Source: an uncultured Bdellovibrionales bacterium (GTDB lineage Bacteria; Patescibacteriota; Minisyncoccia; Moranbacterales; UBA2206). Taken from it: a stretch of 64,000 bases of DNA. This document shows positions 63,596 through 64,000 of this stretch, piece after piece (the stretch's first letter is position 1; every line of letters starts with the position of its first letter). A program made the translations under genes and the position numbers. Below the pieces are notes generated by a model that did no database searches, was not told where the DNA came from, and saw only the letters and a program-made list of their open reading frames with translations. Location: NCBI GenBank assembly GCA_964387895.1, contig CAYLWX010000002.1:15779-79778 (forward strand), written 5' to 3'.

Positions 63596-64000
63596 TTACT
63601 TCTTTCTTCTTTTTATTATAAACTTATTGCTATATTTCTTCTTTTTTCTCGTTCTATATCCCAACGCGGGTTTCCCCCAGGGAGTCTTAGGATGTTTAAG
63701 ACCGATTCCCTGCCGTCCTTCCCCTCCTCCATGAGGATGATCAACTGGATTCATGGCGGATCCGCGTACCGCGGGGCGTATACCCATCCATCTGCTTCTT
63801 CCCGCTTTCCCGATCATTATCGCGTTATGTTCAAAATTACTTACTTGTCCTATTGTAGCATAACATTCATTACTGACTAATCTCACTTCTCCGGAAGATA
63901 ATTTTATCTGGGCGTTCCGCTCGTCAATAGCCATGACTGCCGCGCCTGAACCGGCGCTTCTTACTGCCTGACCTCCCCGTCCAGGAAATAATTCCAGGTT
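63596..64000 (-). CDS. rplB: 50S ribosomal protein L2, C-terminal part (gene continues beyond window end)
   Basis: [34 protein letters not shown]...HPHGGGEGR. The reading frame is open to position 64000. The ORF-track M at 63934 is internal. Confidence 0.9.
   Translation of the reverse strand, partial: NLELFPGRGGQAVRSAGSGAAVMAIDERNAQIKLSSGEVRLVSNECYATIGQVSNFEHNAIMIGKAGRSRWMGIRPAVRGSAMNPVDHPHGGGEGRQGIGLKHPKTPWGKPALGYRTRKKKKYSNKFIIKRRKK

Overview
This is a low-GC, gene-dense window with almost no operon-level redundancy. It looks like a Candidate Phyla Radiation-type bacterium: the ribosomal-protein cluster runs rpsE directly into rplO with no L30, S14 is the short zinc type, and L22/S19/L24 carry extensions. 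There is a lone gatB and a ThrRS without the TGS domain. The genetic code is standard (TGA, TAA and TAG are all used as stops).

The left half carries replication and translation genes: an rnhB fragment, dnaE, thrS, miaB, miaA and gatB. Next comes a compact thymidylate and deoxynucleotide module on one strand. It holds a divergent ndk, a Nudix-like protein, dcd, folA, a fused dCMP-deaminase–thymidylate synthase, a P-loop kinase, glyA and a phage-T4-type dNMP kinase. Then follow rplA, rplK, nusG, secE, tRNA-Ile/Ala, cell-wall genes (murD, ddl), purD and gap.

The centre holds a group-3-like [NiFe] hydrogenase (small and large subunits plus a truncated HypA-like protein). Directly upstream lies a [FeFe]-type radical-SAM maturase, HydG. 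About 9 kb away on the same strand sits a HypC–HydE fusion. This suggests a chimeric, possibly novel, hydrogenase maturation route.

Between them is a nine-gene minus-strand operon: an OlsB-like N-acyltransferase, a HlyD adaptor, a split MacB-type ABC exporter, a ThiF-like E1, an alpha/beta hydrolase, an ACP, a PPTase and a PlsC-like acyltransferase. It looks like an acyl-lipid or lipoamino-acid synthesis and export system.

The right end is fba, tpiA, galT, a GT2, ruvX, map, adk, secY and the L15-to-L2 ribosomal-protein operon.

Intergenic DNA is dominated by several structured repeat families. One is a ~110-bp palindromic element rich in CTGATT, with a ~170-bp MITE-like element with GC-rich hairpin TIRs nested inside it. 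Three further families are long dyad elements built from inverted arrays of 7-bp tandem units (GGAAATT, AAATCCT, ACATGGA) around A4T4-type centres. All sit at gene 5' ends or operon junctions.

No CRISPR, rRNA or obvious prophage is present.
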